Of a stretch of DNA of 64,000 bases, positions 59,057-64,000 are shown piece by piece. A program made the position numbers and the translations under genes. The notes under the pieces were generated by a model. It did not search any database. It saw nothing but the letters and a program-made list of their open reading frames with translations, and was not told the DNA's origin. This DNA comes from Promethearchaeota archaeon. GTDB taxonomy: Archaea > Asgardarchaeota > Lokiarchaeia > Sigyniarchaeales > SOKP01. Each line of letters starts with the position of its first letter. The stretch's first letter is position 1. Location: the NCBI GenBank assembly GCA_048937405.1, contig JBHLNF010000002.1, positions 32,001 to 96,000 of the forward strand. Direction: 5' to 3'.

Positions 59057-60028
59057 TTAATCTCTCAACCTCCTTCCCGTTAAGTTTAGAAACACATCTT
59101 CAAGTGCGTTTTGTCTAAACTTCATATTTTCAACCTCATCTATGTTTTCAATAAGTCCTTGTTGTAAAAGTTTTACAAGATTTTTCAGACCACCCTGAAA
59201 AGAAATAAATAATGATTTTTTATCCTTTCGGAGAATTTCACTCGAATTAGTAACAAATGGAATGTTTTCTATATTATTTTTTACTACTTCAAGATCTTCT
59301 CTGTCAATGAAAGAGACTTCTAATACATTATCACTCCCATATTTCTCTTTCAATTCAGTTGGAGTTCCCACAGCAATTATCTTACCTTGATCTATAATTG
59401 CGACACGATCACTTAAAGAATCCGCCTCAACCATATCATGTGTCATAAGTATAATTGTAACATCCTTATTTTTTAAATCTCTAATAAAATCCCAAACCAA
59501 TCTTCTTGCTTGAGGATCAAGACCCGCTGTGGGTTCATCAAGAAATAGAATTTCTGGTTCGAAGATTAATGCCATTGCAAGATTTAAACGTCTTTTCATA
59601 CCACCTGAGAAGTGTTTTGACCAATCTTTCCTTCCCGCTATACCAAATTCTTCTAGAAGCTTAGTAGTTTTTTCTTTTGCTTCTCTACGAGGAACTCCAT
59701 GCATAGCAGCCACGAACTCAACATTTTCTTCGGCCCTTAAGACATCATAAATTGTAATATCTTGTGGACAAACACCAATTTTCTTGACAATTTCCTTTTT
59801 ACTAGTTAGAATACTATATCCATTAATATTAGCATACCCAGCAGTAGGAGTTAAAACAGTGGTTAACATGCGTACTAATGTAGTTTTTCCTGCACCATTC
59901 GGACCAAGAATGCTAAACAATTCACCTTTATTAATCTTTAAGGATACGCCATCAACTGCTTTAACCTCTTTAAAATACTTCTTAAGATCCTTGATTTCAA
60001 TCGCAATATAATCTGTACTTACACTCAT
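59057..60028 (-). CDS. ABC transporter ATP-binding protein (DrrA-like)
   Basis: GPNGAGKTT, FSGGMKRR, LDEPT.GLDP and TH motifs. Confidence 0.95.
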   Translation of the reverse strand: MSVSTDYIAIEIKDLKKYFKEVKAVDGVSLKINKGELFSILGPNGAGKTTLVRMLTTVLTPTAGYANINGYSILTSKKEIVKKIGVCPQDITIYDVLRAEENVEFVAAMHGVPRREAKEKTTKLLEEFGIAGRKDWSKHFSGGMKRRLNLAMALIFEPEILFLDEPTAGLDPQARRLVWDFIRDLKNKDVTIILMTHDMVEADSLSDRVAIIDQGKIIAVGTPTELKEKYGSDNVLEVSFIDREDLEVVKNNIENIPFVTNSSEILRKDKKSLFISFQGGLKNLVKLLQQGLIENIDEVENMKFRQNALEDVFLNLTGRRLRD

Positions 60029-60353
60029 TATTACAAATTAAATATTTTATTTAGTTTCTATTTTTATGAAAATCAATAATTTGATATAACTTTATTATTT
60101 AAAAAGAAGGGAGTCCAGATTTTAATTTTTATCTGAACATGCTCTTATCTTTTTTATTTACCAATTAAATATTAGAAAATTAAATATTAGAATATGGATA
60201 CTTAAGAGAGTGGTGTTTCAGTAATTTTTTTTTACCAAATTTAAAATTGAAAATAATAACTTAATTTCTATTTAATACACTATTATTCAAATTAATACTA
60301 ATTTAAATACAACCTCTTTTTCTAAATATAATATCATTATAACACAAATTTAA

Positions 60354-61631
60354 ATGATTAAGATGGATGAAATAGAATCAAATAAAAATGAAAACAATGA
60401 TAATCTTTCAAAAAAGATTGAAAAAAGTGATTATCTTTATCAAAGGAAACCCGTACATTTGAATGTAGAAAGTGCAGACGATAAATTCGACGTAGTTGTA
60501 CCAAAAAAGAATCTTATTGTTCTAATTGCGATTTTTATAGTGCTCTTCTTTATCCAATTCTATTATTTTAGTGGACTTTATTATAAGCTTATGTTTCCAG
60601 ATGAACCTTTTAATCCGGGGGACTTCTATTGGTGGGCGCCTTTAGTGTTTATCGTTATTGCGATTATTCCTATATTAGCTTGGGGTCAGATTGGGGCTCG
60701 ATTTGCCTCTAGAAGCATGGTAAAATATTTGAGAAAAACAGTATCGAAAATAAGACCGAAACCAGTAGAAATTCTTTTGGGATATCCTCTAAGAACCAAA
60801 GATATATATTATCTCGAAACATATCCCATGGATTTAAACTTAGGAAAAGGAGTTGCTAGCATAAAGATTTTTATCAAGAGGGTCTTGAATGTATTGTTTC
60901 TTTCCATGGGTATGAGTGTTGTCATTTCTCAAGCAGTAGCACCATATCTTTATGGCCCAGTTATTGAGTGGGATCCTGATTTGTATTTTAATATCGAAGA
61001 AATGATTATTGATCTTACGATTTATTTAGGACCTTTTACTTTACTGATCCTCATGTTTGTTATGCCTGTATTTTGGGTTGCTGAAGATACTCAAGCTTAT
61101 CGTGTTAACGAATACCAAGATTCTGTCCGATTAGGTTATTATTTGAGAACTGGAATATTAAGTAAAATTCTTGGATTCTTTGGATTAGTTATTGTATTTA
61201 ATTTGGCTCAAGAATTTGCTTCCGCTCTTTTAGCTGAAGGTGAAGCAATTGAACCTTCGCTTTTAATGAGTTCTCCAGGACTTGCGATTCAAGTGTATAC
61301 AACAACTCTTATCTGGTTTTTACTTATCCTCGGAATGTGTGCAGCAATTCCATTTTTAGTTACACTAGTATATTTATCCTTTTATCATGAAAGATGGGTA
61401 AATAACGTAAGAGTTAAGGCGAGTGAATTTATGGAACTTGGAACATTTGAAGTTCGAGAACCCTTGGAAGCCAATTTGAAATATATGAGAAATTTTGAAA
61501 TGATCGATGAAACTGGTGGGTTTTTCCAAACTACAATTGGAAGGATAATTCTTATCATATTGATTATAGTCGTTTCCTTAATATGTTTCTATCTTGCATT
61601 TATATTGGGTTTCGAAGGAGCTTTATTTTAG
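60354..61631 (+). CDS. Hypothetical multi-pass membrane protein
   Basis: 425 aa, about 7 hydrophobic segments. Confidence 0.65.
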   Translation: MIKMDEIESNKNENNDNLSKKIEKSDYLYQRKPVHLNVESADDKFDVVVPKKNLIVLIAIFIVLFFIQFYYFSGLYYKLMFPDEPFNPGDFYWWAPLVFIVIAIIPILAWGQIGARFASRSMVKYLRKTVSKIRPKPVEILLGYPLRTKDIYYLETYPMDLNLGKGVASIKIFIKRVLNVLFLSMGMSVVISQAVAPYLYGPVIEWDPDLYFNIEEMIIDLTIYLGPFTLLILMFVMPVFWVAEDTQAYRVNEYQDSVRLGYYLRTGILSKILGFFGLVIVFNLAQEFASALLAEGEAIEPSLLMSSPGLAIQVYTTTLIWFLLILGMCAAIPFLVTLVYLSFYHERWVNNVRVKASEFMELGTFEVREPLEANLKYMRNFEMIDETGGFFQTTIGRIILIILIIVVSLICFYLAFILGFEGALF

Positions 61632-61828
61632 TAAAATTGAATGATTTCTAAATTTCTTTTCAATTTTTTTTAAGAATAAATTCTAATTAAAATAAATAGT
61701 TATATTAGATTTGAAAAACTGGTAATTTCTGAGTATCTTCAACTGATGAGTATTATTCAATAATATTAAAAATGAATAGTACTATTATTCTAATTACATA
61801 ATTTTGAATAATAATACTATTTAAAAAG

Positions 61829-63322
61829 ATGATAATTAAAATGCAAAAAAGCTTAGAAAAGGATTTAGCCAAAATTCTCAAAAAAGAGAAATTTCAAGCA
61901 AATATGATAAGTTATATGTCGAAAGTAGGAAAATTATTACTCTTCATACTTCCCGTGGCTCTTGTTTTAGTTACAATCCTAACTTTAATAGCCCAACTAG
62001 ATATTACTGATATTACATTGAATATAATTTTCTACGTTATTTTAGCGGTTTATTTATTCAATTCAGTGATGCTATTGTTAGGAGCTAATTCTACTGAATC
62101 TTCTCTTAAATTACGGTTAAAATTCGAAAGGAAAAGGGGTAGGCCTATTGATAGTCTCGATGGTTTTGATTTATTAGCTAATAATGTTAAAAGAGTTACA
62201 AATCTATTAAAATTCATTTCTCTTATTTGTTTTATTGCTCTTGTATTATTTATAGTAATGATTTTCCTTGGGGATCTTAATTTAGGATTTGCTGCAGCGG
62301 GATTTTCTTTAGTAGGTTTTGGATTAGCAATTTTAATCCGAAGTTTAAATTTGAATATACACGATGTAAATGGACTTCAAGATTTCTATAAACCTACTAC
62401 ACACCAGATTTTCTTAGATAATTTTTTCGCCGAAATTCTTTCAAATCACTTAGATCCAGTTACATTCCTGAAATGGGATGAATATTTAGCAGAATTAAAT
62501 AAAATTTTGAAGCCTGATTTCATTCAGAAAATTAAAGAAACTGAACCAGATGAGTTACCTATTACATTTGCAATCGAGAGAATATTATTTCTTTATTATT
62601 TGAAATTTCAGGAAGTTTTATCAGAAGATCAATTAATACAAGAATTAAAAGAAATTATTAATGTAGATTCGGATAATTTCGATGTGGAGAAAGGGATATT
62701 CATGGAAGAAAGATGGTACTTCTCTATGAGTGACATTGTTAAACTATTCGATTATATTAGAAAATTCAATCCTGGCTTTTTCAATATAATTGATAGATTA
62801 CAACTGGAATTAGCTGATAATATAGAACGAATCTCAAAAGATCCAATTTATATGGATTCGACAGCGCAAGAAGTAGTTTATCTGAATAGTGAACTCAATA
62901 TTTTCTGCTACCTCTATAATAACGCTTCAGAGGCAAAAAAGTACATTATAAAAATTAATGCACCTGGATTTGAACCCAATAAATTAAAACTTGACATTGA
63001 AGTGGAAGGAAGAGGTACATTCATGATACCAGATAAACCTATTCCGCTAATATCCTCTGAAAGTAATGATATTGTAAGTGTATTATCAACAATGTTGGAA
63101 AATGGAGATACTACTTGGTTAACTTTAGAGCCTAGAGAAACTGGAGAACAAACAGTTCAAATTTTCTTACTCTCTGAAGATGGAACTATAATTGAAGGAA
63201 AAACACGTGTTGTCAAAGTTTCTAAAAATATAAAAGATTATATCAAAAAATTGAGTTCTATTGGCTCTCTTCTTGGTGGTCTTGCTGTACCCCTTGCTAA
63301 AATCCTCCCTTCAATGTTATAG
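61829..63322 (+). CDS. Hypothetical membrane protein (4 N-terminal TMs, soluble domain, Ig-like C-terminal region)
   Basis: 497-aa ORF; hydrophobicity pattern. Confidence 0.65.
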   Translation: MIIKMQKSLEKDLAKILKKEKFQANMISYMSKVGKLLLFILPVALVLVTILTLIAQLDITDITLNIIFYVILAVYLFNSVMLLLGANSTESSLKLRLKFERKRGRPIDSLDGFDLLANNVKRVTNLLKFISLICFIALVLFIVMIFLGDLNLGFAAAGFSLVGFGLAILIRSLNLNIHDVNGLQDFYKPTTHQIFLDNFFAEILSNHLDPVTFLKWDEYLAELNKILKPDFIQKIKETEPDELPITFAIERILFLYYLKFQEVLSEDQLIQELKEIINVDSDNFDVEKGIFMEERWYFSMSDIVKLFDYIRKFNPGFFNIIDRLQLELADNIERISKDPIYMDSTAQEVVYLNSELNIFCYLYNNASEAKKYIIKINAPGFEPNKLKLDIEVEGRGTFMIPDKPIPLISSESNDIVSVLSTMLENGDTTWLTLEPRETGEQTVQIFLLSEDGTIIEGKTRVVKVSKNIKDYIKKLSSIGSLLGGLAVPLAKILPSML

Positions 63323-63544
63323 AAAATAGCTTCATTTTCTTTTATTTTTTTCCTTTATTCTTAAATTTTATCAAATCTATATGAAATTGTTCAAAATCAA
63401 GAGCTTTTCACATAGATTTAAATAATATAAATAGACTATATATTTGTTTTAATAAAAGCAATATTTTAAAATGCCAAAACGAAATTCTATTGATCTTAAT
63501 ATGGAGGGTCATATCAATTTATAAAATTTAATAGGTAAAAATTA

Positions 63545-64000
63545 TTGAGTGAATCAGAACTTTATCAAACTGAGGAAAAATTTAAGGAACTCTTTGAAAA
63601 TATAAATTCTGCGGTTGTAATTTATGAATCAATAAACAATGGGAAAGATTTTATATACAAACAGATGAATAGGGCAGCTTTAGATCTATTTAAAAGCTCT
63701 AGGAAAAATATTATTGATAAAAATATTATCGATATATTTCCCGGTTTGGAAGAATTTGGTTTAATAGATGCTTTAAGAAGGGTAAGGAAAACAGGTACAT
63801 CAGAGCATTTTCCAATATCTCTTTATAAAGACGAGAGAATTTCTGGTTGGACTGAAATATATATCTATAAATTACCTTCAGAAAGAGTGGTTGCTATATT
63901 TGAACCAATGACAAAACTCATTGAAAAAGAACAAGAATTAAAAGAAACTAAATTAAAATTTAGTACATTAGCTGATCAATCATTAATGGGAATATATATT
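63545..64000 (+). CDS. PAS-domain sensor protein, 5' part (runs off the window end)
   Basis: TTG start gives (M)SESELYQTEEKFKELFENINSAVVIYE...DFIYKQMNRAA...IIDKNIIDIFPG; a second PAS begins KFSTLADQSLMGIYI. Confidence 0.8.
   Translation, partial: MSESELYQTEEKFKELFENINSAVVIYESINNGKDFIYKQMNRAALDLFKSSRKNIIDKNIIDIFPGLEEFGLIDALRRVRKTGTSEHFPISLYKDERISGWTEIYIYKLPSERVVAIFEPMTKLIEKEQELKETKLKFSTLADQSLMGIYI

Noticed and set aside
2736-60011. Numerous short antisense or overlapping ORFs in the track (e.g. 2736-3056, 16904-17257, 47048-47356, 59529-59750)
   Set aside because: They are shadow ORFs of well-supported genes and have no motifs.
1-64000. tRNA, rRNA or CRISPR arrays
   Set aside because: No GC-rich cloverleaf, T-loop motif or periodic repeat-spacer pattern was seen by eye. 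tRNAscan-SE and Infernal would be needed to exclude them formally.

Overview
This is an AT-rich archaeal chromosome segment. Its gene content points to an Asgard archaeon, probably Lokiarchaeia: archaeal Rpo3/eL18/uL13/uS9, a thermosome, four small-GTPase-like genes including Rag-like and MglA-like types, and many TTG starts. It carries housekeeping genes (aroA, aroC, glyA, trmI, trpS, GTP-PEPCK) and two solo tnpB (IS200/IS605) elements. A ~10 kb hdrC-hdrB-hdrA'-hdrA''-mvhD-(hdrA/mvhD fusion)-metV-metF operon suggests an electron-bifurcating methylene-H4folate reductase. A second metV-metF pair lies divergent from iorAB. An accessory stretch holds a direct-repeat-flanked membrane gene and a high-GC, horizontally acquired flavin oxidoreductase. 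The most striking hidden signal is in iorB. It is interrupted at its conserved GSE|MHG motif by a 30-nt in-frame hairpin insert with two TAA stops, and the flanking exons base-pair to give a bulge-helix-bulge-like, tRNA-intron geometry. This makes it a candidate mRNA micro-intron. Other points of interest are a GTPase gene that apparently needs a non-canonical ATT start, a TnpB with a Fanzor-like rearranged RuvC site and a structured 3' omegaRNA candidate, and several structured intergenic regions. No tRNA, rRNA or CRISPR array was seen.
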